38,976 bases of DNA from an uncultured virus (IMG/VR IMGVR_UViG_3300037743_000290), in IMG/VR virus record IMGVR_UViG_3300037743_000290, positions 1-38,976 of that record. One strand, written 5' to 3'. Under the pieces are notes generated by a model. It saw only the letters and a list, made by a program, of their open reading frames with translations. It did not search any database and had not been told where the DNA came from. Position numbers and translations under genes: made by a program. Positions 8,998 to 17,031 of the stretch are shown in pieces; positions within the stretch are counted from its first letter, which is position 1, and every line of letters begins with the position of its first letter.

Positions 8998-9942
8998 TCA
9001 CAGCCCGTCGCCGTACGCGACCGCGACCGGATAGCGCACGACGACGCCGCCCGTGGTGGCCAGCGCCGTGACCTTGTACTCCAGGCCTTGCTGAACCGGG
9101 GGCATGGCGTTGTACTCCATCGGCACCAGGCCCGCGAGCACGAGCGGCGTCCTGGGATAGACCACCATGCGGTCGGTCCCGTTGGCGCCCGCGCCGTCGC
9201 AGTGGTGCCACGCCTCGATGCTCGTGATGAATGGCGAGTTGTCCAGCACGAAACGGAGGATGGTCTTGTCCGACCCATCGCCCATGCGGCGCTGCGAGAT
9301 GTCCGCGTGCTGGGCCACCGGGAGAACTACCGTGAAGCTCGAGAAGCTCGGCCCCCCGGCGTTTTTCATGGCGTTCTTGATCGCGGTGACGGCGCCGAAG
9401 ATGTCCTTGGCGATCTCGTCACTGGTGGCGTTGGCCCACGTCTTCCCGCCGGCCGCCTTGTCGGCCAGGGTGTAGCTCGTGGTGTTGCTGAGCGTGAGCA
9501 GGCCGTCGAGGTTGTGATCCGAGTCGCCGAGCGCCAGCACCTTGTCGATGCCCGTCTCCACGGAGAATCGGCAGGCCGTCGCGCGCATGGAGTCCAGATT
9601 GGTGCCGGTGCGCATGGCGGCGCGGATCTCGAGCACGTCGTACCCGTACGCCATCGGGATCGCTTTAATGATCTTGCTCGACTCGCGTCCGGTCACATCG
9701 GCGCGCGGGATGTCGTCGGCCATGCTGGCCGCGATCTTGGCGGTGCCGAACATCTCGAACATGCGCCAGGTGTAGGTCTTGACCCAGTCGGGCACGTTGG
9801 GCTGCGTGGGGATGAGCTGCCGGGCTTTGTTGTCCGGGAACAGCATCTGATACACTTGGGTGTCGATGCTCTCGAGCTCGCGGGCGAACCAGACGCTCTC
9901 GGAAGCGTCCAGGCGCTCATGGATGTTGCCTTGCACTTGCAC
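8998..9942 (-). CDS. Major capsid protein (DUF2184-like, HK97 fold)
   Basis: GTG start with AAGGAG RBS; 'FARELESID..VY', 'YGYDVLEIRAA', 'GDS.HNL.GLL' and 'GGVVVRYPVAVAYGDG'. Confidence 0.9.
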   Translation of the reverse strand: MQVQGNIHERLDASESVWFARELESIDTQVYQMLFPDNKARQLIPTQPNVPDWVKTYTWRMFEMFGTAKIAASMADDIPRADVTGRESSKIIKAIPMAYGYDVLEIRAAMRTGTNLDSMRATACRFSVETGIDKVLALGDSDHNLDGLLTLSNTTSYTLADKAAGGKTWANATSDEIAKDIFGAVTAIKNAMKNAGGPSFSSFTVVLPVAQHADISQRRMGDGSDKTILRFVLDNSPFITSIEAWHHCDGAGANGTDRMVVYPRTPLVLAGLVPMEYNAMPPVQQGLEYKVTALATTGGVVVRYPVAVAYGDGL

Positions 9943-9955
9943 TGAGATGTTCTCC

Positions 9956-10501
9956 TTAGGAATCCGCGACCGCTGAGGCCCGGTTGGTCATGTCGATTTC
10001 GAGCTCGGCGAAGCCCTCTGCCGCCGTGCCGGCGGACACCCAGCGCGCGAACGCGCTGATGTCCACGCAGTCGGAGGTGTCGTCGGCGGTGGTACGAAAC
10101 GCGCCGGCCTGCTCGTCGCCCGTGGCCACAACGCGCACGCGCACGTCATCACCGATCGCGACGTTCTCCTCGATCAGGACGAGAATGGTGCCGTGCGTGC
10201 GAACGCCGAGCGTCGCGCCCGGCTTCAGGCCCACGTCGCCGAGTTCGATGTCCTTGGCGTAGTAGTGCGAGTGCTGGACGACCCCAAGCATGATCTGCTC
10301 GGATGCCGCCGCGCTGGTGTGCGGCAACAGCGCCTGTGTCGCGCCGTCCGTGCCCTCGACCACCATGACGCCGAATGGGATCTCGGCGCTGGACTCCTCG
10401 CTCACGTAGGAGCGAACGTTCTTGTGGCCGCTGGCATCGCCGGGCATGCCGGGGAAACCCCGAGTCATGTACGTGGCGACTGATGTCTGGATTGCTGACA
10501 T
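9956..10501 (-). CDS. Capsid decoration/cement protein
   Basis: 181 aa with 'GFPGM', 'IPFGVMV' and 'G.I.V..EE.V..GD.V'; lies between scaffold and capsid. Confidence 0.75.
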   Translation of the reverse strand: MSAIQTSVATYMTRGFPGMPGDASGHKNVRSYVSEESSAEIPFGVMVVEGTDGATQALLPHTSAAASEQIMLGVVQHSHYYAKDIELGDVGLKPGATLGVRTHGTILVLIEENVAIGDDVRVRVVATGDEQAGAFRTTADDTSDCVDISAFARWVSAGTAAEGFAELEIDMTNRASAVADS

Positions 10502-10513
10502 GGTGGGGGCTCC

Positions 10514-11140
10514 TTATACCTGGTTGGTGTTGTCGCCCTGCCAGGCGCTCTGGTTGCGTTGGATCATGGCGGCGCGAGCGCTGGCCGCATCGGTGCGCTC
10601 GGTTGGCTTCTTCAGGGCGGTGGCCTCGCGCTGCCTGGCCAGCGCCTCGGTCCCGCGCGCATGGCCCTCGGTCGCGGCGTCGAAGCGCGCCCGCACGTAA
10701 TCGTCCGAGTGCGCGTCGGTGATGATCGCGCCCTGCAGCTTCTCGATCACTTGCACCATCACGGCGCGGTCCAGCATGTCATCGAAGCGTGCCTCGTCGC
10801 CAAGCACGGCCACGGCCTTGCCCTCAAGCTCGACGCGCTTCTGCACCGCCTGACGCAAGCGCTCGGGAGACTCGGCATCCTGCCGTGCCTTCCGCTCCTT
10901 GTTGGCCAGCGCGGTCATGGCCGCCAGCTTGGACTTGAGCTCGGCCGTGTCCGCGGTGTCGGCGCGCTCGGCCTTGAGCTCGTCGATGGTGTGCCGCGTG
11001 CTGGCGAGCTCGCCCTCGGCCTTGTCGGCCCGCACGTTGGCGTCCTTGACCCTCGATTCCAGGTCGTCGTTGCTCGCCTGCATCGCCGCGAGTTGGGCTG
11101 TGAGCTCGGCGACCTGTGCTTTCAGTTCCTCTTCGTTCAT
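10514..11140 (-). CDS. Capsid scaffolding protein
   Basis: Coiled-coil, 208 aa, with its own AAGGAG RBS, 'SDDYVRARFDAA' and a C-terminal 'ARAAMIQRNQSAW' capsid-binding-like helix. Confidence 0.8.
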   Translation of the reverse strand: MNEEELKAQVAELTAQLAAMQASNDDLESRVKDANVRADKAEGELASTRHTIDELKAERADTADTAELKSKLAAMTALANKERKARQDAESPERLRQAVQKRVELEGKAVAVLGDEARFDDMLDRAVMVQVIEKLQGAIITDAHSDDYVRARFDAATEGHARGTEALARQREATALKKPTERTDAASARAAMIQRNQSAWQGDNTNQV

Positions 11141-11751
11141 TCGGATCTCCTTGGCGCACGCAAGGCGCCGAGCATGTTGGCCACGTGAATGGCCGGGTGT
11201 ATGTGGGCCGGCGAACGCCGGGCCGTCATCGAGTCCATGCGTACGCGGGCTTCCGGCCCGGCGCGGCCCGAGTCCACGATGGCAACGTGGTTGACCGTGA
11301 TGTTGAACTGCCGGGCGTCATACCGGCCATAGAGCGGGTGTTCGCCCGGTGTTTCGTCGATGTCGATGCTGTATCCCGCGCTGAGCGCCTGCCGGCCGCG
11401 TTCCATGTCAGCGAGGGTCTTGGCATCGAACACGGCAAGCGGTCCGCGCACTACATCGCCATCGCGGCGGACCTCGCCAATCGCCCCGACTGCCCGGTCC
11501 TTCATCGTCTTGCTGTCCAGCAGGCGAGTGGGATGCCCGTTGGTGACCGGCGCGAGCATGTATGTCGCCAACGATGCCGGCGAGAACACATCCTCGGGCA
11601 GGCGAAGCTCGCGGCGCTCTTTGCCGTCCTCGCGATACACGAACACACCGGGGCGCGTGATCACCGCGTCAAAAACAACGCGGCCATCCGCCATTCGGCG
11701 GGGCGGACCAAGCCGGCTCGGTGCCGCGTCTATGCGATACGCCAAAGCCAT
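11137..11751 (-). CDS. Prohead maturation protease (DUF2213-like)
   Basis: Start reassigned to ATG 11751. Motifs PVTNGHP (His), LSAGY (Ser) and NHVAIV..GRAG. Confidence 0.85.
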   Translation of the reverse strand: MALAYRIDAAPSRLGPPRRMADGRVVFDAVITRPGVFVYREDGKERRELRLPEDVFSPASLATYMLAPVTNGHPTRLLDSKTMKDRAVGAIGEVRRDGDVVRGPLAVFDAKTLADMERGRQALSAGYSIDIDETPGEHPLYGRYDARQFNITVNHVAIVDSGRAGPEARVRMDSMTARRSPAHIHPAIHVANMLGALRAPRRSE

Positions 11752-11752
11752 A

Positions 11753-12163
11753 TCAGGCCACGTACCGCCCTTCGAGGATGATACGCCCGGGCGGCAGTGT
11801 CGCCGTGCCGGTCTCATCGAAGAAAGCCGAGACCTCGTCGCCGCCGCTGGCCACCAGGTTGGCGTCCGTCGCGGAAAGCGCGAGGGTAACGAACGTGTCC
11901 GCTCCGATGGTGCCCTGCGTGCCGGTCTCGGTGGACCAGTTGGCAGCGATCGTGGTGCTCTTGACTCGCACCTTGATGTTGAAGTAGTTCTCCGCGTCCG
12001 CAGCCAACCCGGTCGGGTTCACGTAGATTGCACGGTCGAGCCGATACTTACGGCCGGTCGGCACCTTGAACAGCTTGACGGTGAGGTCATCCGTCAACTG
12101 GCCATGCTCGTACACGAGTGGGGACAGTGGCTCTTGCAGAAAGTCATTCGGGCGACGGGCCAT
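11753..12163 (-). CDS. Putative virion beta-sandwich protein (136 aa)
   Basis: Start reassigned to ATG 12163. Thr/Ala/Gly-rich alternating beta pattern; first gene of the capsid-tail operon. Confidence 0.55.
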   Translation of the reverse strand: MARRPNDFLQEPLSPLVYEHGQLTDDLTVKLFKVPTGRKYRLDRAIYVNPTGLAADAENYFNIKVRVKSTTIAANWSTETGTQGTIGADTFVTLALSATDANLVASGGDEVSAFFDETGTATLPPGRIILEGRYVA

Positions 12164-12249
12164 ACAGGCACCGTGCGGCGAAAGCTCTCGACCCTGCAAT
12201 GGCGATGAGCAGCGACGCTGCACCGATTTCAAACGCTGTACATGATTTG

Positions 12250-12279
12250 TTGCAGATGGGCGGCAATCTTGCGTAGAAT
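12250..12279 (+). promoter_or_regulatory. Putative sigma70 promoter of the antisense cassette (TTGCAG-N18-TAGAAT)
   Basis: The -10 box ends 8 nt before ATG 12288 and there is no Shine-Dalgarno. Confidence 0.45.
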
Positions 12280-12287
12280 TGCAGTCC

Positions 12288-12461
12288 ATGATTCAACCTG
12301 GACGGCGATGCCGCTATTCAATCGATTTCACTCTGGCTGAGAGGCAAGCCGCTCGGAAGGCGGCCTCCGATGCCGGCGTGGACATGTCCACGTACATCCG
12401 CTTTCTCGTGCGCAAGGCTGCCGGCCTGCCCACTCTCGGCAGTGAAGGCCAGGCAGTATGA
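12288..12461 (+). CDS. Ribbon-helix-helix DNA-binding protein (CopG/MobC-like)
   Basis: 'RYSIDFTLAERQAARKAASDAGVDMSTYIRFLVRKA' gives a beta-strand plus two helices with a G..MS.YIR turn. Confidence 0.75.
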   Translation: MIQPGRRCRYSIDFTLAERQAARKAASDAGVDMSTYIRFLVRKAAGLPTLGSEGQAV

Positions 12462-12622
12462 CCCTATTTCTCTGCTTCCTCGCCCTCGTCGCGCTGGTTG
12501 CATCCCCGAAGGTGAGTGGCGCGGGCTGGTGGGCGTTTGGCGTGATGCTCGCATGGGTGGCCTCTGTGCTCGGCCTGGCCACGCTGGCGCTGTTCAGCTA
12601 TCACGGGGAGGTGCCTTGGTGA
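12458..12622 (+). CDS. Small two-TM membrane protein (54 aa; not in the ORF track)
   Basis: ATGA overlap with the RHH gene; MTLFLCFLALVALVASPKVSGAGWWAFGVMLAWVASVLGLATLALFSYHGEVPW. Confidence 0.65.
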   Translation: MTLFLCFLALVALVASPKVSGAGWWAFGVMLAWVASVLGLATLALFSYHGEVPW

Positions 12623-12792
12623 TGCTCGTCATCAACTGTGTCCTGGTGCTGGTGCTGCTCGTGTTCATGTATCAAGGGCTCATGAGACCGCAGTGGTTGC
12701 CCGTTGGTGTCACCGTGATGGTGCTGTTTATTCTGGGGTGGGCAGGAATAATACTGGGCCTAACCACGCTGGCGCGTGCACTGTGCTGGTGA
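12622..12792 (+). CDS. Small two-TM membrane protein (56 aa)
   Basis: TGATG overlap with a GGAGG RBS; MLVINCVLVLVLLVFMYQGLMRPQWLPVGVTVMVLFILGWAGIILGLTTLARALCW. Confidence 0.65.
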   Translation: MLVINCVLVLVLLVFMYQGLMRPQWLPVGVTVMVLFILGWAGIILGLTTLARALCW

Positions 12793-12920
12793 AGGCTGGC
12801 GAGGAAGTAGTCGAGCGGATCGCTCCGCATGTGGAAGAAGCGCTGAAACGCAGGAGTCGCGGAGAAGCGGCCAGGGAGATCCTGCGGGACGCCTTGCGCA
12901 AGCTCGAGGAGACCATTTGA
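12789..12920 (+). CDS. Small helical hypothetical protein (43 aa)
   Basis: GTGA overlap upstream and TGATG overlap downstream. Confidence 0.5.
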   Translation: MKAGEEVVERIAPHVEEALKRRSRGEAAREILRDALRKLEETI

Positions 12921-13096
12921 TGACCACTGCCGAGAATGAAGCGGACGATGTGCTGAGATCCCGGCTGGACAAGGCGCGTGCGGTAAAGGCTTTGGTCTGC
13001 GAGGCACCCGAGCATGGGGAGTGGCATCGCGAATACCAGGACACCATCAGCGCGCTCGAGTTGGAGATCGGGCGGCGGCAAGGGCTGGTGGCGTGA
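12920..13096 (+). CDS. Hypothetical protein (58 aa)
   Basis: GAGGAG RBS; TGATG overlaps on both sides. Confidence 0.6.
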   Translation: MTTAENEADDVLRSRLDKARAVKALVCEAPEHGEWHREYQDTISALELEIGRRQGLVA

Positions 13097-13323
13097 TGGA
13101 ACGCGCGTTTCTGGCGTTTGATGACCACGTTCTGATCGCCGATGATCTGCCGTTTGGTTGGCGCCTTTTCTCGAGAGGGCAGCAAATCGGCTACATCGAC
13201 TACGGCCGCGTTGCTCAGGCGGTCCTGGTACTGCTGGACGGCGGAGGAGCAGGCGCATTTTGTCGAGCACGCGCACATGCTGCTCGAGCGAGACCGTCTG
13301 CGCGAGATGGAGGCCGCGAGTGA
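13096..13323 (+). CDS. Hypothetical protein (75 aa)
   Basis: TGATG overlaps on both sides; the competing frame 13142-13348 is not excluded. Confidence 0.45.
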   Translation: MERAFLAFDDHVLIADDLPFGWRLFSRGQQIGYIDYGRVAQAVLVLLDGGGAGAFCRARAHAARARPSARDGGRE

Positions 13324-13478
13324 TGCGCGGGCAAAGACGTCGCGCTGAGGCCGCGCTGTTGGCGATCCGTCGCGAGGCCGAGGCGCGCCCATCGGTGTGG
13401 CCCTGGATACCTGGCCGTGCAACGCGAGAGGTCGTGCGACGGGCCCGGCGGACAGGACGCTTGCGCCTATGCCATTGA
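13323..13478 (+). CDS. Basic hypothetical protein (51 aa)
   Basis: TGATG overlap with a GGAGG upstream. Confidence 0.4.
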   Translation: MRGQRRRAEAALLAIRREAEARPSVWPWIPGRATREVVRRARRTGRLRLCH

Positions 13479-13624
13479 CGGAGGTCGCAACGATCCCTTG
13501 TCATATCCCGATCGAGTTCTCAGATCGGCCTAACGCAGAATACGAAATCGACCTCGCATCGGCCGAGTGCCACCATCGGCTATGGCCCTACAGGGATCAC
13601 ACACAACGCGACGGTGCCAAGTGA
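13469..13624 (+). CDS. Hypothetical protein (51 aa)
   Basis: Overlaps the previous stop region; its stop overlaps the next GTG. Confidence 0.4.
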   Translation: MPLTEVATIPCHIPIEFSDRPNAEYEIDLASAECHHRLWPYRDHTQRDGAK

Positions 13625-13887
13625 GTCGTGCAAAGCGCTTGCGAGCGCGTGAGCGGGCGCTTCTGTTTCGCGCGGTAGACCGGCCCGTTACGATTCCGTA
13701 CGACTGCGAGCGCCTCCTGCTACGCGGCCTCGTACAATACGCCGACGTCATCGAGACATTGTCCGGCGGCGCGGAAAAGGTGTACAGCGCAACCTCGAAA
13801 GGCAGGCGGTTGGCCATGCAGATTCAGTCGTCGCTCGCCGCGCCCAGGATCGCGTCGAACACAGGCTCCGGGAAGCACCGGCACTGA
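13621..13887 (+). CDS. Putative winged-helix protein (88 aa)
   Basis: GTGA overlap. 'ERLLLRGLVQY....YSATSKGRRLA' resembles a wHTH wing ending in T.KG. Overlaps the minor head gene convergently by 64 bp. Confidence 0.55.
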   Translation: MSRAKRLRARERALLFRAVDRPVTIPYDCERLLLRGLVQYADVIETLSGGAEKVYSATSKGRRLAMQIQSSLAAPRIASNTGSGKHRH

Positions 13888-14693
13888 ATCGCCTGGCCCG
13901 GGTGTCCATCTGCGGGTGGGTCCTTCCACGTGAAGCGCTCGCCCTCGCGGTCCGCATGTTCCGGCCGCACGCGCTCATCGTTGACCGTGCGCCAGATGTA
14001 TTCCTCGATGCCCATGTCGCGCTGCCGCGTCTCGCTCGCTTGCCCGTAGAGCTTGCCGATCTGGTCACGGGCGATCAGGCGCGCCCGCTTGCGCCCGCCC
14101 TCGACGATGCCCTTGATGTCCTTGGCCAGCGTTCGGTTCGTCGCGCCGGACTGGATCGCCCTGGTGACCGTGACTTCCACATCGCCGATGGTGCGCTCTG
14201 TGATGTTCGTGATCAGCGCGACATTCTCGGCCACGAATCCGTCGAGTAGGCCGGCTATCCGCCGATCGGACATGAAGATGTGCACGCCCAGGGCCGCCCG
14301 GATCTGGCGCACGAGCTGCGCGCGCTGGTAGTCCGTTGTCCGGCTGCCGAATCGCCGCGCGATGCGCTCAAGCTCGGTCGGCGTGACCGCGCTGGTGAGC
14401 TCGAGGCGTGCTGCAGCGATTGCTCCTCGCGCGGCCGCGCCCTCGCCTGCGTCCATGCGCTCTCTCCGCGCTGTCTCCAACCACCCGGGCGAGCGCGCTA
14501 TGAGCGGCTGCAGGGCGCGCTCCACCTGGTCCAGGACGCCCATGAGCGCGCGCGCGTACTCGCGGGCGATGGCGTCCGGCGGAATCTGCCGCGGTATGCG
14601 GCGGCGGCGCGGTGCGAGCCCCGTCTGCCGGCGCTGGCGCAGCAACTCGGCCGTGCGCTGGGCGCGCTCGTTGATGTCTACACGATGACCCAT
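13824..14693 (-). CDS. Minor head/head morphogenesis protein (Mu gpF/SPP1 gp7 family)
   Basis: Start reassigned to ATG 14693 (GGAG RBS). 'RARLIARDQIGKL', 'YIWRTVNDERVRPEHA' and 'HPGQAIQCRC'. Confidence 0.9.
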   Translation of the reverse strand: MGHRVDINERAQRTAELLRQRRQTGLAPRRRRIPRQIPPDAIAREYARALMGVLDQVERALQPLIARSPGWLETARRERMDAGEGAAARGAIAAARLELTSAVTPTELERIARRFGSRTTDYQRAQLVRQIRAALGVHIFMSDRRIAGLLDGFVAENVALITNITERTIGDVEVTVTRAIQSGATNRTLAKDIKGIVEGGRKRARLIARDQIGKLYGQASETRQRDMGIEEYIWRTVNDERVRPEHADREGERFTWKDPPADGHPGQAIQCRCFPEPVFDAILGAASDD

Positions 14694-14695
14694 CG

Positions 14696-15181
14696 CTACT
14701 CCAGCTCCATACACGCGAGCGCAAAGGCGCGAGCCACGGCATCCACCATGGGCAAACACAACCGCTCGATCGAGGTGAACGCGACCGCGTCATGCAGGGC
14801 GCCGAACTCATTGGCCGCGAAGCGCAACTCGTTCAGGAGCCGACGCAGGGTCACCCACTCGCTGTACGCGGTGACCATGTCGTCATCATCGAACGCCTGG
14901 CGTAACGACTCGATGATCTCGTGGAACCGGGCCTGGCGCTCGGCGAACGAACGCTCGACGTACTCGCGAGGCCGGGGATCCGGGGATGCAGCGGTGGCCT
15001 TGTCGCCTCTGCGCAGACGCCGCTCGATGGCCTCCAGCAAGGCGTCGGGCCCCGCGGCAAAGTTATCCACGATCTCGCTGTCAACCGGGAATGGCGACTT
15101 CGCAGAGGACGGCTCGAACTGCACTGTCGGGTGGTGCCACGACGCACGAAATCTGGATAAAAAGACCATTGCTAGGATCAT
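14696..15181 (-). CDS. Hypothetical protein (161 aa)
   Basis: ATGA overlap with the portal stop; fills the portal-to-minor-head gap. Confidence 0.55.
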   Translation of the reverse strand: MILAMVFLSRFRASWHHPTVQFEPSSAKSPFPVDSEIVDNFAAGPDALLEAIERRLRRGDKATAASPDPRPREYVERSFAERQARFHEIIESLRQAFDDDDMVTAYSEWVTLRRLLNELRFAANEFGALHDAVAFTSIERLCLPMVDAVARAFALACMELE

Positions 15182-16806
15182 ACCTTCTCCCGCCAGCCTG
15201 GCAGCGCACCGGCGAAGGTGGGGTCGATGGTGCGCACCTCATCGTGTGCCTGCTCCTCGGTGTCGTACTCGCTCAGCACCTCACCGGTCTCCTTGTTGCG
15301 TACCTGCCAGCGCCCGCCCACCTTCTCGACGTAGTCCATGCGGTATGCCTCGACCTCCCAATCCTCGATATCGCCACGCTGCTCATCCTCGCTGGCGTCG
15401 GCCTCGTCCTCATCGGGTTGGTCGCCTGCGGTCAACTGCGCTGGCTCATGCGCCTCCAACAGGCGCCGGGCGCCGAAGTCCACCACGGTCTCGTAGGAGT
15501 ACGTGTCTCCGCCGAAGCGGGATAGCGCGACCTCTTCGGGAGACAGCACCCCGTTCTGGATATAGAGCACGTCGGTCTGGGCCTGGATGTAGCGCGCCTC
15601 TGCGCGTGTCTTCTCGTCCATCTGGCGCAGCGGTCGATACTCGATGGACCAGAGGCGCGGCTCCCGCCCGCGGAGGGGCCCGTCTTTTGACAGCATGATG
15701 AGCTTGACCAGGCGCTCGTGGAGTGGCTGTAGCTGCGGATATTGCGCCACCACACGGTCCTCAAGAAACGCCCGGTCGCTCTCGCCGGTTGCGTTCAGTC
15801 CGGCCGGGCTCATGCCGAAGAGGCGCGTTCCTGGCAGGTCAGACGCCGACGCCATCCGGGTCATAAACAGCTCGAGAATCTCGGGCAGCCCCGACATGGG
15901 CGTAGCCTTGCGCTCGTAGTCCTCTTCGGCGTCGATCACAATGGAGCGCAGCACCGAGCGCGATAGGTCCATGGCCTGCAGGCGCTTGTAGAACGCCTGG
16001 TCGTTGTCCGATGCGAAGATGCCCGCGAGGTTCTTGATCTTGAACACCGCCTGCGCGAAGTCCGCGATCAACGCGCCGACCGCGCTCCACGTGATGCCGA
16101 ACTTCTGCAGGACCTCCTCCATCGCCGTAAGCACCGAGTCGCCCCAATGCGCTCGGGTGCCCTGCGCGTCATCGTTGCTCACGCGGATTCCCGGAAAGAT
16201 GATCATCCGCGACTCGTGGATCTCGCCGAGCTGCACCCTGCGCCCCGAGATGGGCACAAGCTGCCACGTCATCGGCTCGTTGTACTTCTCGCTGCGAGGG
16301 TCCTCGTAGAAGCGCAACGGGTGCAACTCGCGCGGCTCGTACACCTTCAGCCCCGTGATCTGCATGATGTTGCGCTCGTTCAGCGGCTCGGAGAGGTCAC
16401 TGGCGCCGTCGTTGATCGTACTCACGATCGCTGCGCCGCCATAGGCCCGCTCGAATTGCTTGGCTCGCTGCAGGGCCGCCGTGACGGCCAACTCCTCGCA
16501 TCGCGCCATCAGCGCCTCCGCCATCTCCTTGTCGTCCATCTTGATGTCCCAGCCCTGGCGGAACATCTCCTCGGGGATGACCTCGATCGCCTTCTTGGCG
16601 ATGTCGTTGCCGCGCCACAGGTCCATGGCCTCGACGTCGGTCACCACCCTGGTCACGTGGTTGACCGACATCGTCTTGTCCCTACCAGGCACACCCAGGC
16701 CCATGATCGCGCTCTGGAACCCGTCCTGGCGCTCGAGCGTCGTGGGCAGATGACGCGTTGCTTGCGGCTGAGATCGGCCCCAGAATTTCCACCATGGATT
16801 GCTCAT
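15178..16806 (-). CDS. Portal protein (DUF1073/HI1409-like)
   Basis: Start at ATG 16806 (ATGA overlap). 'DGF.S...GLG..GRDK', 'RAYGGAAI', 'IHESRM', 'WGDSVL' and 'TRLFGMSPAGLNATGESD'. Confidence 0.9.
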   Translation of the reverse strand: MSNPWWKFWGRSQPQATRHLPTTLERQDGFQSAIMGLGVPGRDKTMSVNHVTRVVTDVEAMDLWRGNDIAKKAIEVIPEEMFRQGWDIKMDDKEMAEALMARCEELAVTAALQRAKQFERAYGGAAIVSTINDGASDLSEPLNERNIMQITGLKVYEPRELHPLRFYEDPRSEKYNEPMTWQLVPISGRRVQLGEIHESRMIIFPGIRVSNDDAQGTRAHWGDSVLTAMEEVLQKFGITWSAVGALIADFAQAVFKIKNLAGIFASDNDQAFYKRLQAMDLSRSVLRSIVIDAEEDYERKATPMSGLPEILELFMTRMASASDLPGTRLFGMSPAGLNATGESDRAFLEDRVVAQYPQLQPLHERLVKLIMLSKDGPLRGREPRLWSIEYRPLRQMDEKTRAEARYIQAQTDVLYIQNGVLSPEEVALSRFGGDTYSYETVVDFGARRLLEAHEPAQLTAGDQPDEDEADASEDEQRGDIEDWEVEAYRMDYVEKVGGRWQVRNKETGEVLSEYDTEEQAHDEVRTIDPTFAGALPGWREKV

Positions 16807-17012
16807 ATCGTCACGGTCCATTCGATGACAACCATGCTCTCCTCGATATCCATGACCTCGTGCTCAAGCGTGGCTACGGTGACGGCGATAATGCGGCACT
16901 GTTGCACCAGCAGAGCACTAGCTGGCAGCCCTTCGGCGCGATACCGTGCGAGCAACTCCGCTTCGATCTGGGCTGCGCGGCCATCGTCGAACGTGATGTT
17001 TCTTATCGCCAT
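16803..17012 (-). CDS. Hypothetical protein (69 aa)
   Basis: ATG 17012 after the TerL stop; its stop overlaps the portal start. Confidence 0.55.
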   Translation of the reverse strand: MAIRNITFDDGRAAQIEAELLARYRAEGLPASALLVQQCRIIAVTVATLEHEVMDIEESMVVIEWTVTI

Positions 17013-17031
17013 GGCAACCACCCTGCCACGT

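Noticed and set aside
15178-16806. Portal as an anti-CBASS Acb1 protein (a label sometimes attached to this family)
   Set aside because: No pair of HxT/HxS 2H-phosphoesterase motifs and no domain of that size; position and motifs are those of a portal.
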